Source: Thermoanaerobaculia bacterium (GTDB lineage: Bacteria > Acidobacteriota > Thermoanaerobaculia > Multivoradales > Multivoraceae). Taken from it: a stretch of DNA of 64,000 nt. The position numbers and the translations under genes are program-made. Shown piece after piece: positions 40,953 to 52,246 of this stretch (position 1 is the stretch's first letter; every line of letters begins with the position of its first letter). The DNA is taken from NCBI GenBank assembly GCA_963664405.1, contig OY761158.1, positions 2,624,001 through 2,688,000 of the forward strand, in the 5' to 3' direction. Under the pieces are notes generated by a model that searched no databases, was not told where the DNA came from, and worked only from the letters and a program-made list of their open reading frames with translations.

Positions 40953-43900
40953 ATGCAAAGGATCTTGACTCTACTTCTGGCGGTCGTTGCTGCAACGCTC
41001 GCGCGAGCCCAGGATCAGCCTCCTTCTCTAGACGAGACCTGCCTTGTCAGCGCGCTCAATCGAAGCGCACGGGTCCGCGAAGACGGTAGCTGGGTGCTCC
41101 CCAATGTGCCCTCAAACTTCGGCCAGATCCGCGTCCGCGCCACCTGCCTCGACGGAGGTGTCTCGCGCTCAGGGCAGTCGGGATTCTTCACTCTTCCCTT
41201 CGGCGGCGTCGCTCGGGTCGCGGACATCGCATTCGACAGTCCACAACAGATCCCCTCTACACTATCGATCGCATCGCCGGTCGCCGTGCTCAACGCCGTC
41301 GGTGAGACCGTGGCGCTACTCGTCACAGCCACCTTTGCCGATGGGTCGACAGGCGACGCAACTCCCAGCGCGTCGGGCACCAACTACCGGAGTAGCAACC
41401 CTGCAACCGCGACGGTGAGTGCGCAGGGCCTGGTCAGCGCGGTTGCCAGCGGAACAGTCTTGATCAGCGCTACGAACGAGGGAGCGCTGGCGCTGCTCCA
41501 GCTCCGCGTGTCAGCCGGGGCCGACTCCGACGGCGACGGCCTTCCGGACGACTTCGAGATCGACAACGGACTGGACCCCAACAACCCTGCCGACGCCCTC
41601 GAGGATCGCGACGGCGATGGCCTTGCAACTCTGGACGAATTTCAAAGGGGGCTGGACCCCTTCAACCCCGACACCGATGGTGACGGCCTCTTCGACGGCG
41701 CCGAAGTCAAGGATCTGGGTACCGACCCGCTTCTCTTCGATAGCGACGACGACGGGATCTCCGATGGCCTGGAGCTCAGCACCGGAACAGACCCTCTCGA
41801 CTCCAACAGTTTCAACTACGCGGCGGTGCTCGTCTCGCTCGAGGTCCAGCCGCCGACCTTCGCCCTGATCTACGACACCATCAGGCCCGAGGCTTCGATC
41901 CAACTGACCGCGATCGGTCGACTCACCGACGGAACCTCGGTCGACCTCAGCTCACCGAGCCGAGGCACGTCTTATCTGTCGAGCGACCTCGGTGTCTGTA
42001 GCTTCAGCGCTGAGCCCGCTCGGATCTTTGCAGGCATTCCGGGCGATTGCACGATCAGCGCCGTGAACAGCGGATCGGTCGGTACCGCACACGGGCTCGT
42101 ACAAACCTTCTCGCCGGTGCTCGTCGGCAGTGTGGAGATTCCGGGAGGCGCCAACGATGTCGCCGTGGTGGGCGACTACGCGTTCGTCGCCGCCGGCGCC
42201 GCCGGCCTTCAGGTAGTAGACATCTCTGACCGACGCCTACCTACTGTCACTTCCGCAGCGGCCACTCCCGGCACCGCCAACGCCGTCACCGTCGACGGCC
42301 CTCTCGCCTACCTCGCCGATGGCGCTGGCGGGCTGCAGATCGTCGATGTCTCAGATCCTCTGTTCCCCTCTCCACTCGGCGGCCTACTCTTGCCCGGCGA
42401 CGCGCTAGGCATCGCAAACGCGCCCCCGATCACCGTCCTCGCCGACGGTAGCGGAGGGATCCAGATCGTCGACACCTCGGATCCTCAGCGCCCGACTTTG
42501 CTGGGAAGCGCGGCGACCTCCGCACCTGCCTTGGACGTAGAACTCGATGAGACCGCGACCACGGTCTTCGTCGCTGTGGGTGCGGCCGGTATCGAGGTGT
42601 TCAGCCTCGCGGTCCCGACGAACCCAGTGCGCTCAGGCGGCCTTCCGACTCCGGATGCGCGCGCGGTCGCCGTCAGAGGTGACTACCTCTTCCTCGCCGA
42701 TTTCGTCAACAGCTTCAGCGTCATCAATGTCCTCGACCCGGCTCTGCCCTTTCTCGAGGCGTCGACGAGCCCGCAGCTCACAGGGCTCGCGGTCGACATC
42801 GCCACCTACGACGACTTGGCTTTCGTCGCGGACATCGGCTTCTTTGCCAACGACGCCATTCCGATCGTCGACATCTCGACACCCCAAAGCCCAGTACCGA
42901 GGGCACTACTTCCGTTGGGCAGAGATGACCCCGGGCGTGCGGTTGTAGCGGATCAGAACTACGTCTACCTCGCAGCCGGGCGCCCTGGGACCGGCCGGCT
43001 CCACATTGGCCAGTACCTCTCACTCGACGATCCCTTCGCCGAGGCACCGACGATCACGATCACCTCACCCGACGACGGAGACCGAGTGTCGCCAGGGTCG
43101 GTGCTTCAACTCCGGGCCACCGCCGACGACGATGTCGGCATCCTGGCCGTCGACTTCCTCGTAAACGGCTCTCGGGTCGGGCGAGATCAGTCGCCGCCGT
43201 ACGGGGCGGGGTTTGTCGTCCCCGACGCAACAGGAGTCCTCAGCATCGGCGCCGAGGCCTTCGATTTCGCGGCGAATCGAACCCGCGCGAGGGAGGTTGA
43301 CGTGGCGATACTCGGGGTGGGGCAAACGACCATCACCGGCACTGTCGAAGACGCGCTGGGAGCCCCGGTGGCGGAGGCACTCGTGGTTCTGCCACAGGCG
43401 GCAAGCACGGTCTCAGACAGCGACGGAAATTTCACCCTGCTCGATATTCCGGTGGCCGGCGGCGCGGTCGTGGTGCTTGCCTCCGCCTTCATCGATGGCG
43501 CCAAGCACCGCGGCGCCTCCGCGCCGACCGTACTGGCAGTTGGGGGCACTACAGACGTCGGAGCCATCGCTCTGGAGCCCTTGGAGCTTCTGTACCCAGG
43601 TCCGCGGATTCTGAGCAGGAACGCCATCGCAATGGCTGAAGCGGACTTCGATCTCGACGGTCTCCGAGATCTCGCGATCGTTCACTCCACGGCGCAAGGC
43701 GGCGTTGAGATCCTGAGAGGGCGCGGCGATGGTCGGTACACGACCCCGCAGCGACAGGCCATCGTCGGCGCCGACTTCCTCGTCGCCGGCGATCTCGACT
43801 TGGACGGCGCTCCCGATCTCGTTGTCGGGTCGTCAACGAGCGGGCAGTTGAGTGTGCTCGTGAATGACGGCCTCGGCGCGCTCGAGATCCGCCAGGGCCT

Positions 43901-45677
43901 CGCCGCGGCGGGCTCACCTCGAGGCGGGAAGATGGGCGACTTTGACAGCGATGGGCTTGTTGACCTGGCGGTGGTTAACCGTGTCGGCAACGATGTGTCG
44001 ATTTTCCTCGGCAACGGCGACGGGTCTCTTCGAGCCCCGATCGAGATTCCAGTTGGCGGCTCCCCGGAAGATCTGGTCGTCACTGACTTCGATCACGATG
44101 GCCGTCTCGACCTCGCAACGCCGAATCGAGACGACCTGACCCTGAGCGTCGTACTCGGCGACGGCAAAGGCGCTTTCTCGAGCACAGGGCCGATACCGGT
44201 CGACTCGCTGCCGCTTCGTCTCGGAAGCGGTGATCTCGATGTCGACGGGATCACGGACCTCGTCTTTGCAACCGGAGACTCAGGCGCCTCCTCCGGCAGG
44301 AGAAGATTGTTCGTACAACTCGGGCTCGGCGACGGGTCGTTCGCCCTAGCCTCGACCGTCGGCGGCTCGATCGGCGGCACTCCCATCGCGATGGCGGTGA
44401 GCGACCTCGATGTCGACGGTTTCCTCGACGTCGTCGTCGCTCGTGACACGACGGCCGCCTGCGACGACCTTCGCATTCTCCGAGGCGATGGACGGGGCCA
44501 ATTCCCGTTCGGAGATATCCGAACCCTAGCCGACGGGTGTCGAATCCGCGATGTCGTCACCACTACCTCAGACCAGGACACCTTCCCGGATCTGGTGGCC
44601 CTCGACGAATGGGGTGCGACCACATATCTGGGCATCGGCGACGCCCTCTTCGAGTCCCTGACCGCAATGGGCAATGTCGGCGCCCCTCGCCAAGCCATTG
44701 CCAGCTTCGACATGGACCTCGACAGCCACCTGGACATCGTGAGCTTTCCCCTCTTCGGCTCTCCCCTGCTGTCGAAAGGCAACGGAGACGGCAGCTTCGA
44801 GAGCGCCGTGCCCGCCGGTGCCGGTCTCTCCAGTCGATCGATGGCGATCGGCTACATCGATGGGGACGGCGTTCCAGACATCATCGTCGCGCAGCTCGGC
44901 GACCTGGCAGTGCTCTTGGGTAACGGGGACGGCACATTCTCCTCGCCGATCTTGACTCCGACCCCGAGCGGGATCGGCTCTCTACTTCTCTCGGACCTCA
45001 CCAGTGACGGCGGGGTCGACGTCGTGGCCACGATCTCCAATCTCGATGCGGTGTTTGTCTTCGAGGGCCAGGGAGGCGGGGCCTTCGCGCTCGCAACGAC
45101 CCTGTCGACCGGGCTCTCTCCTCAATCAGCCGTGATCTCAGACTTCAGCGGAGATGGCCGCCAAGACCTGGCAACCGCGAACAAGGCCTCCGAGGACGTG
45201 TCGGTCTTCCTTGGTAACGGAGACGGCAGTTTCGGGCCCGAGCTTCGATTCGCGGCGGGAAACGACCCGGTCTCGATCACCTCGGCGGACTTCAATCTCG
45301 ACGGGATCCAAGATCTCGCTGTCGCCAACGGCCCCACTCGCGCGACCGAGTCCGATGGAGCATCTATTCTGCTGGGAAATGGCGACGGGAGCTTTCAGGC
45401 CGCCTCTCACCTCTCTGCGGACGGTAATCCAAGGCGAGTCACGGTCACCGACGCGGACGGCGACGGCGTCTCCGACCTCGTTCTGGTCAATAACGAAACC
45501 GACGACCTCACCCTAATCCTCGGTCGTGGCGACGGGAGCTTCGCGGCCCCTGAGCGCTTTCGCACCGGACAGGGGCCGGTCTGGATAGATGCGGCCGACA
45601 TCAACCATGACGGTCGCCCGGATCTGATCACCGCAGATGAGGATCACCGCCGCATTTCGATTCTTCTTCATCGCTGA
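40953..45677 (+). CDS. Giant secreted adhesin-like protein: Ig (Big_2-like), Ca-binding TSP3-like repeats, LVIVD repeats, Ig, FG-GAP/VCBS repeats
   Basis: DSDGDGLPD repeats, GLQVVDIS repeats, many DxDxDGxxDL and LGNGDGSF repeats. Confidence 0.88.
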   Translation: MQRILTLLLAVVAATLARAQDQPPSLDETCLVSALNRSARVREDGSWVLPNVPSNFGQIRVRATCLDGGVSRSGQSGFFTLPFGGVARVADIAFDSPQQIPSTLSIASPVAVLNAVGETVALLVTATFADGSTGDATPSASGTNYRSSNPATATVSAQGLVSAVASGTVLISATNEGALALLQLRVSAGADSDGDGLPDDFEIDNGLDPNNPADALEDRDGDGLATLDEFQRGLDPFNPDTDGDGLFDGAEVKDLGTDPLLFDSDDDGISDGLELSTGTDPLDSNSFNYAAVLVSLEVQPPTFALIYDTIRPEASIQLTAIGRLTDGTSVDLSSPSRGTSYLSSDLGVCSFSAEPARIFAGIPGDCTISAVNSGSVGTAHGLVQTFSPVLVGSVEIPGGANDVAVVGDYAFVAAGAAGLQVVDISDRRLPTVTSAAATPGTANAVTVDGPLAYLADGAGGLQIVDVSDPLFPSPLGGLLLPGDALGIANAPPITVLADGSGGIQIVDTSDPQRPTLLGSAATSAPALDVELDETATTVFVAVGAAGIEVFSLAVPTNPVRSGGLPTPDARAVAVRGDYLFLADFVNSFSVINVLDPALPFLEASTSPQLTGLAVDIATYDDLAFVADIGFFANDAIPIVDISTPQSPVPRALLPLGRDDPGRAVVADQNYVYLAAGRPGTGRLHIGQYLSLDDPFAEAPTITITSPDDGDRVSPGSVLQLRATADDDVGILAVDFLVNGSRVGRDQSPPYGAGFVVPDATGVLSIGAEAFDFAANRTRAREVDVAILGVGQTTITGTVEDALGAPVAEALVVLPQAASTVSDSDGNFTLLDIPVAGGAVVVLASAFIDGAKHRGASAPTVLAVGGTTDVGAIALEPLELLYPGPRILSRNAIAMAEADFDLDGLRDLAIVHSTAQGGVEILRGRGDGRYTTPQRQAIVGADFLVAGDLDLDGAPDLVVGSSTSGQLSVLVNDGLGALEIRQGLAAAGSPRGGKMGDFDSDGLVDLAVVNRVGNDVSIFLGNGDGSLRAPIEIPVGGSPEDLVVTDFDHDGRLDLATPNRDDLTLSVVLGDGKGAFSSTGPIPVDSLPLRLGSGDLDVDGITDLVFATGDSGASSGRRRLFVQLGLGDGSFALASTVGGSIGGTPIAMAVSDLDVDGFLDVVVARDTTAACDDLRILRGDGRGQFPFGDIRTLADGCRIRDVVTTTSDQDTFPDLVALDEWGATTYLGIGDALFESLTAMGNVGAPRQAIASFDMDLDSHLDIVSFPLFGSPLLSKGNGDGSFESAVPAGAGLSSRSMAIGYIDGDGVPDIIVAQLGDLAVLLGNGDGTFSSPILTPTPSGIGSLLLSDLTSDGGVDVVATISNLDAVFVFEGQGGGAFALATTLSTGLSPQSAVISDFSGDGRQDLATANKASEDVSVFLGNGDGSFGPELRFAAGNDPVSITSADFNLDGIQDLAVANGPTRATESDGASILLGNGDGSFQAASHLSADGNPRRVTVTDADGDGVSDLVLVNNETDDLTLILGRGDGSFAAPERFRTGQGPVWIDAADINHDGRPDLITADEDHRRISILLHR

Positions 45678-45986
45678 AGCGGAGGGAGACAGCGCAATGA
45701 AAGTAAAAACCGGCGCCACCGCTCCGGGACAGGCGTGGGGCCGATTTGATCCCGCGGCGGCGAAACGCGCCCCCGGGGGCTCTACGAGCGAGATCGCCCA
45801 GGCCGGCAGTGCCCAGCGCGACAACGCGCAAGAGCAACCCCGAGAAACGAGACTCGTAACGGTCCCTCAAGAGTCGATGGTACGCTGAACCTCGATTCGA
45901 AAAACCAACGGCCCGAGCGCACACGCCACGGCTCTTGATCCAAGGTTCACGCCCAATAAGCTTCCAAGCGAGCGGTACACAACAAG

Positions 45987-46367
45987 GTGCACTCGAGCTC
46001 CCTGATCGCGCCGCTCTGGCGTTTGATCGAAGAGGCTCCCAACATCCTCGAGCTGAGGACCCAGAAGATCCTTCACCTCGACAACGTCCGTAGCGTCGTC
46101 AAGAACTCCTTCGTCATAAATTACGAGCGGCTCGCGGATGAGCCCGATCTCTTGCACGCAATGGCTCGTAACTTCGGCCTTCAGACAAAAAACTTCGCAA
46201 TCACCCCAGAGCCCAACTATCTCAGAGCGGGAGGTCGAAGGGATGAGCGGTTCGCACCGAAAGTCTATCCGCCGATCTCAGCGACCGATCTTCGTTTCGT
46301 CGACGAGACTCTCGACTGGGATGTCGAGCACGGCATCGGGTACAGCTCGAGCGACTATCGACGATGA
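45987..46367 (+). pseudogene. C-terminal fragment of a hypothetical, possibly sulfotransferase-like, protein
   Basis: VINYERL..EP and LDW..E..IGY patterns; no convincing start. Confidence 0.3.
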
Positions 46368-46425
46368 GATCCAACGCCGACGTAACAGGCCATAGTCTGA
46401 CGGCCTCAATCCCAGGAGATCCGCG

Positions 46426-47517
46426 ATGAGCAACGAGTTCCTCTCTATCGAAGCCGAGCCCCTGCGCCGCCTCGCCGAGGCCATCGTTCGTGAAGGAGGT
46501 AGCAGCACCGAAGAAGCGGCCATCGTCGCTGATCATCTCGTGCGTGCCAACCTCGCCGGCCACGACAGTCACGGTGTCGGCATGTTGCCGGCCTATGTAC
46601 ATCTCCTCGGTGTGGGCCTGCTCAAACCCGGTGACGGCCCTGAGCTGATCAAGGATGACGGTGCCATCCTCCAATTCGACGGCTGCAGGGGGTACGGTCA
46701 GCGGGTTGGGAAAGAAGCCATGGAGGCCGCGATCGCACGATGCCGCGATACCGGGGTTGTGCTCATGTCGCTGCGCAACACCAGTCATCTGGGTCGGATC
46801 GGCACCTACGGAGAGCAGAGCATCGCCGCAGGGCTGGCCTCGATCCACTTCGTCAACGTAACCGACCACGCACCCTTGGTCGCGCCTTACGGGGGCAGCG
46901 ACGCTCGCTTCTCCACCAATCCCATCTGCCTTGCCATGCCCGGCACCGCAACGACAGAGCCAACTCTGCTCGACATGGCGACCAGCAAAGTGGCAATGGG
47001 GAAGGTACGAGTGGCGCACAACAAGGGGGTCGAGATGCCTCCCGAGTGCATCATCGATACCGAGGGCCAGCCCACCAACGACCCCGAGATCATGTTCCAA
47101 CAGCCGCGAGGTGCGCTACTACCCTTTGGTGCCCACAAAGGCTACGGCCTAGCGCTCTTTTGCGACCTCTTCGCCGGAATTCTCAGCGGCGGCTCCACCT
47201 TGCAGCCAGGGATCAAGAAGCAGGGCGGCATCATCAACCAGATGCTGACCATCGTCCTCGACCCTGAACGCCTGGTCGCTCGCGACTGGCTGGAGGAGCA
47301 GCTCGACGCCCTCATCGCTCACGTCAAGGGATCTCCGGCCGCCCAGCCTGACGAGCCGGTCCTGGTTGCCGGCGATCCGGAGCGCATGACCAGGAGCGAG
47401 CGGCTACGAGATGGCATCCCCATCGATGCACGTAGCTGGGATGAGGTCCTGGCAGCGGCGGAAACAGTAGGGATCGCGAGAGAGAAATCTCTGAGCCTCG
47501 CCGGACTCCAGGACTGA
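46426..47517 (+). CDS. Ldh_2-family malate/lactate/ureidoglycolate dehydrogenase (YbiC-like)
   Basis: GHDSHG, HLGRIG, STNP, LLDMATS, HKGYGL. Confidence 0.92.
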   Translation: MSNEFLSIEAEPLRRLAEAIVREGGSSTEEAAIVADHLVRANLAGHDSHGVGMLPAYVHLLGVGLLKPGDGPELIKDDGAILQFDGCRGYGQRVGKEAMEAAIARCRDTGVVLMSLRNTSHLGRIGTYGEQSIAAGLASIHFVNVTDHAPLVAPYGGSDARFSTNPICLAMPGTATTEPTLLDMATSKVAMGKVRVAHNKGVEMPPECIIDTEGQPTNDPEIMFQQPRGALLPFGAHKGYGLALFCDLFAGILSGGSTLQPGIKKQGGIINQMLTIVLDPERLVARDWLEEQLDALIAHVKGSPAAQPDEPVLVAGDPERMTRSERLRDGIPIDARSWDEVLAAAETVGIAREKSLSLAGLQD

Positions 47518-47612
47518 TCGACTGACAGCATCAGTGTCTACGAGGTCGAATAACACCAGGCGCACACACGTAGTATTCAGTTGAGAACCCGGCACGTCAG
47601 TCCCGCCAATCT

Positions 47613-48515
47613 ATGAGCGACGCAATAAAGCTCGAAGGAGTCACTAAGACCTTTGGCAGAAAGGTCGCTGTCAGGGATCTGAGCCTCTCGGTTCCCAGCG
47701 GAGCCCTATACGGGTTCATTGGCCCCAACGGGGCCGGCAAGACGACCTCGATCCGCATGATCATGTCGATCCTGTTGCCCGACCGCGGCGCGGTGAGCGT
47801 GCTAGGCCACGGCTCGGCGTTCGAGGCCAAGGATCGCACCGGCTACCTTCCCGAAGAACGCGGCCTCTATCGAAAAATGAAGGTCGGCAGTTTCCTGCGC
47901 TTCCTCGGCGGCCTCAAGGGTCTGGGTGGCAAAGACCTGCAGCGGCGCATCCGCCGCTGGCTCGAGCGGGTCGAGCTCGGATATGTCGAGCACAAGAAAT
48001 GTGATGAGCTATCGAAGGGCATGCAGCAGAAGCTGCAATTCATCGCCGCCGTGATTCACGAGCCCGAGCTCCTCATTCTCGATGAGCCGTTCAGCGGCCT
48101 CGACCCCATCAACATGCGTCCACTGCGCGATCTCATCGCCGAGCAGCACCGGCAAGGAGCAACGGTCATCTTCTCCACCCACGTCATGGTGCATGCCGAG
48201 GAGATCTGCGATCACCTGGTCATGATCGACGGGGGCGAAAAGGTGCTCGACGACTCGCTTGCAAACATCCGGCAACGCCACGACCCGCGCTCCATCTGGT
48301 TCGAGCCGCTCGATGCCGCGGCCGATATCGAGCCTCTGGGGCGCATCCCAGGGGTCGAGCGGGTCGAGGCGGTTGACGAGCGCTACGAGATCGGTCTGGC
48401 GGAGAGCGCCGATGTCGCCAGGATCATGCGCGATCTGGTCAACGCCGTTCCGACGGCGGCAGTCGAACTGCGGCGGCCGACACTCGAGGATGTCTTCGTA
48501 GAGATCGTCGGCCTC
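47613..48515 (+). CDS. ABC transporter ATP-binding protein (NatA-like); natural stop lost
   Basis: GPNGAGKTT, LSKGMQQK, LDEPFSGLD, PTLEDVF, then read-through into unrelated sequence. Confidence 0.88.
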
Positions 48516-49290
48516 CGGCCTAGAGCCGGAGGCGGTGCAGAGACTGACCGCGGTGCGTCGCACCCGTTCGATCACGGTCACCGCGGAAGGCGAGCAGGAG
48601 ACCAACAAAGTGCTGAACACTCTGCTGCCTGGAGCGTTCATGGTGTTGCTTCTGATGTCGGTCTTGACCAGTGGGCAGAACATGATGACCAACACCATCG
48701 AAGAGAAGTCCTCGCGAGTCGTCGAGGTGCTGCTCAGCGCGGTCTCACCGATGGAGCTAATGACCGGCAAGATCTTCGGCCAGATGCTGGTCGGCTTCGT
48801 CGTGCTGGCCCTCTACGCGGCGATGGGAATCGCGGCGCTCGTCAGCTTTGCCGCCCTCGGCCTTCTCGATCCGATGCTGCTGATCTATCTGCTCCTCTTC
48901 TATCTCATCGCCTACTGCTACATCGCCTCGATGATGGGCTCGATCGGCGCCGCGGTCAACGAGCTACGCGAAGCTCAGGCGTTGATGACACCGGTGATGC
49001 TGGTGATCATGATTCCGTGGCTGCTGTGGCTACCGATCACTCGTGATCCGAACTCGACCTTCGCAACCGTCACCAGCTTTGTGCCCCCTATCAACAGCTT
49101 CGTGATGTTGCTTCGCATCACCTCTACCGACCCGCCGCCGACCTGGCAGATCTGGCTCTCGATCACAATCGGTGCCGTCGGCGTCTACTTCGCCCTACGG
49201 ATCGCCGCCAAGATCTTCCGCATCGGGCTCCTGATGCACGGCAAGCCACCCAACCTCGCCACCCTCCTGCGCTGGGTGAGGCAAGCGTAG
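48516..49290 (+). pseudogene. ABC-2/NatB-type permease lacking its N-terminal half
   Basis: IEEKSSRVVEVLLS..GKI..KIFRIGLLMHGK; joined directly to the ATPase gene near a repeated CGGCCT. Confidence 0.8.
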
Positions 49291-49324
49291 CCAGCCGCCG
49301 ATCCCACCTTCTCTCTGAAGCGCA

Positions 49325-50089
49325 TCACCCTCTCGGGCGAGACTTCGGGCCGCCTTCGAAAGGTGCTGAATGGAGCAACATGTGGGCCGGGCCATGAGGG
49401 CCGTTGATGGCGGCGTTCTCGCCGTAGATGTGCTCCTTCATAGTGCGGAACACTTCGCGGTTCTTTCCCAGCCGGGCAAGCTCCTGTGCTGTCTCGACCG
49501 CGCGCTCCCGAATCTCCTCGAGAGAGGCAGTCTGCTGAACGATGCCGGCGTCGAGGGCGTCGGGCCCGGTCCATCGCTTGGCGAGCTGCACGGTCTGGAG
49601 GAAGGCGCCGGCAGGCACTTTGGCGCGGAAGAGAGCGAGCTCTTCATCGGGGATCGTCATACCGAGCTCCACTTCGTTGGCGCACACGAAGCCGCGGTCC
49701 TCGCGCATGACGCGCAGGTCATGGCTCAGCGCGAACATGAAGCCGGCGCCGAAAGCATGGCCGTTGATCGCTGCGACGGTGGGAATGGAAAACATCATCA
49801 GCCGACCGAAGAGCGCCATCACCTCCACACTGAACACACTCCGATCGCCACCCGGGTGCTCGCTCGAAGGCTCCGACATCATCCACTCGAGATCGAGCCC
49901 ATTGGAGTAGAACTTGGCATTGTCGGAGGCGGTGACCAGCGCTGCGGGTCCCTCGGACGCCTCGACCTCGTCGAGTGCTTGGACGACCGCGCGTGTGAAC
50001 GTCGTATTCCAGCGATTCTCGTCAGCCGCCATCGTGAGGACGAAGACGTCGCCCTGCTTCTCCAGTCGTATCAGCTCCTGGTCGCTCAT
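49325..50089 (-). CDS. Enoyl-CoA hydratase/isomerase family protein (delta3,delta2-isomerase-like)
   Basis: KFYSNGLDL, PTVAAINGHAFGAG, NEVELG. Confidence 0.9.
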   Translation of the reverse strand: MSDQELIRLEKQGDVFVLTMAADENRWNTTFTRAVVQALDEVEASEGPAALVTASDNAKFYSNGLDLEWMMSEPSSEHPGGDRSVFSVEVMALFGRLMMFSIPTVAAINGHAFGAGFMFALSHDLRVMREDRGFVCANEVELGMTIPDEELALFRAKVPAGAFLQTVQLAKRWTGPDALDAGIVQQTASLEEIRERAVETAQELARLGKNREVFRTMKEHIYGENAAINGPHGPAHMLLHSAPFEGGPKSRPRG

Positions 50090-50367
50090 CCCTTCTCCTC
50101 AACGAGGAATGCGAACCAACCCCGACTCGGTGTCATCGGCGAAGGGTAACACCTGACCGTCACGAGTCTCGACTTTGACCCCCTGTCGTCCCCGGATTAT
50201 CCCTGCGACGCTCACCGCTAAGCGCCCAGAACGGGGGACTCACCAAGCGCACGAATGTTTAGGCGGTTCGATCTATGCGTGTCGTGTGCCGCCACATTTT
50301 GCGACATCTCGACAGAGCTAGACCGTGCCCGACTTCTAGTCACTCACCCAAGAATCTCCCGGGGCCC

Positions 50368-51417
50368 TCAGCGTGCGGAGGGTCGGTAAGGATCTGGAGT
50401 TCCTGGCTCGATCGGCGGCTCGGCCTGTAATGAGGTCAGATGCTCCGTGAGGATCTCGCTCATAGGCCAGCGAACCCAGAAGTGGCCGGCCGTTGCCTTG
50501 GTCAGGGGGTACTCCTCTTTCGGATCGCTGTACAGGTTGTAGAAGCGCGGAAAGTCGTAGGTCCTCTTAGCGTCCGTGCCGCGCTCAACTTCCTTGAACA
50601 TCATCTTCCAATTACGCCACTTCACGCCAAAGAGATCGTTTCCCACGTAAACGATCAAAGCATCTCGGTTCGACTTCTCTTTCTTCCCCATTAAGAAGTC
50701 TGATTGGTCGATACTGTCGATGGCGCGATCGGTCGGCACTTCCCCTCCGGCGAGGTTTGGGAAGGTAGCGAACATGTCGATCTCGTGCACGATCTCGTTG
50801 GAGACGGCTCCAGCTGGCACCATCCCTGGCCAGCGGATGATGAAGGGCACCCGTAGACTGCCTTCCAAACCGGTGAAGTAGCTGCCGCGCCAAGGCCCGC
50901 CCCATCCGTTGTGTCCCGGTAGCATCTCTGGCCCGTTGTCTGAGGTAAAGACGAAGATCGTCTCGTCCCGGATGCCGAGCTCGTCCAGAGTGTCCAGCAG
51001 TTCACCGGTATAGGCGTCAATCTGCATCAACACGTCCCCCCAGTCACCGTTGCCACTCTTGCCGCGAAACTCCTGACTCGGCACGACGGGCATGTGGGTC
51101 TGGGTGTACGGCAGGTACGCGAAGAAGGGTTTCCCCGCCCCCGCCTGTTCTCGGATGAACGCCTTCGCTCGGTCAGTAATCTCCCGGTCGATCTCGGGTC
51201 GCAGCTTCGAATCGAAAATCTTGACCTGCGTAGGCTCCTCGCCCTTCTTGCCGTCATAGACGTACTCAGGTACGACATAGGGGCTGAGCCCCTCGGCAAC
51301 GACTGCATTGAACTGGGCCTGGTCCGGTCACAGGCTCTCGTCGGTCGAATTCGGGATTCCGTACCATTCGTCGAAGCCCTGATCCGTTGGGAAACGCCCT
51401 TCGGTGTGGCCGAGGTG
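50368..51417 (-). pseudogene. Arylsulfatase lacking its N-terminus, with an in-frame TGA near 51327
   Basis: HLG...QGFDEWYG, PFFAY..H.P, FTSDNG, EGSLRVP; the CxPxR active-site region is missing. Confidence 0.85.
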
Positions 51418-51418
51418 T

Positions 51419-52131
51419 GCGCTCGGCTACCTCTCGCGCGAGGAGATCCAAGCACTCCTCGAAGCCCCCGATCGCTCCACACCGTCTGGACGGCGCGACG
51501 CGGTCCTCTTCGCCGTCCTCTACAACACCGGCGCACGGGTCTCGGAGATCACGGGCCTGCGCGTCTCCGACGTCCTCCTCGATCGCGCCTCCCTCCTACT
51601 GCACGGCAAAGGACGCAAAGAGCGCGTCGTCCCCCTCTGGAAATCCACCGCCAGTCAGCTGCGTGCGTGGCTATCACGCATCGAGCGGAGCCCTGACGCG
51701 CACGTCTTCCCGAATCGCACCGGCAAACGACTGTCGCGCTCCGGTGTCGAACACCGACTACGCGTCGCGGTCTCGACCGCCACGCTGCGATGTCCCTCTC
51801 TCGCCGCCAAACGGGTCTCGCCCCACACCCTGCGACATACCACCGCCATGCACCTGCTCCAGGCCGGGGCCGACATCACCGTCATCGCCCTGTGGCTTGG
51901 CCATGAAAGCACCGACACCACTCATCTCTATATCGAAGCCGATCTCAAGATGAAGCAAGACGCCCTCCAGCGCATCGATGACCCCGCACCCGCGCCGTTG
52001 CGCTTCCAGGCGTCTAATCGACTCCTCGCCTTCCTTGAGGCGCTCTGACTATGCCGAGTACTACTCCTCTCAAACGCCCGCAAATACGCGCTCCACCAGC
52101 TCAACTCCGCATAGTCAGGAACTCGGCATAG
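51419..52131 (+). mobile_element. RIT-type element remnant: 5'-truncated tyrosine recombinase (stop 52048) plus terminal repeats
   Basis: GARVSE, HGKGRKER, HTLRH, LGH, Y; C-terminus LLAFLEAL; 11-bp IR CTATGCCGAGT (52049-52059) and ACTCGGCATAG (52121-52131). Confidence 0.8.
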
Positions 52132-52246
52132 CACCCAGAAAGACGACAAAACCGCTCAGCGAGGACTTATGCAGTTCCAGCTATTGGTGGTCGAGTACCT
52201 AGGCCATTCGGCTTCGGCCTCACAGATCCGTGCTCGAAGATTTCCC

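Noticed and set aside
47613-49046. 477-aa ABC ATPase with a novel C-terminal domain
   Set aside because: The tail is out-of-frame read-through across the truncated permease gene.
51320-51335. TGA in the sulfatase as selenocysteine or recoding
   Set aside because: The position fits Trp (TGG to TGA) in a gene that is already truncated; other genes use TGA as a stop.
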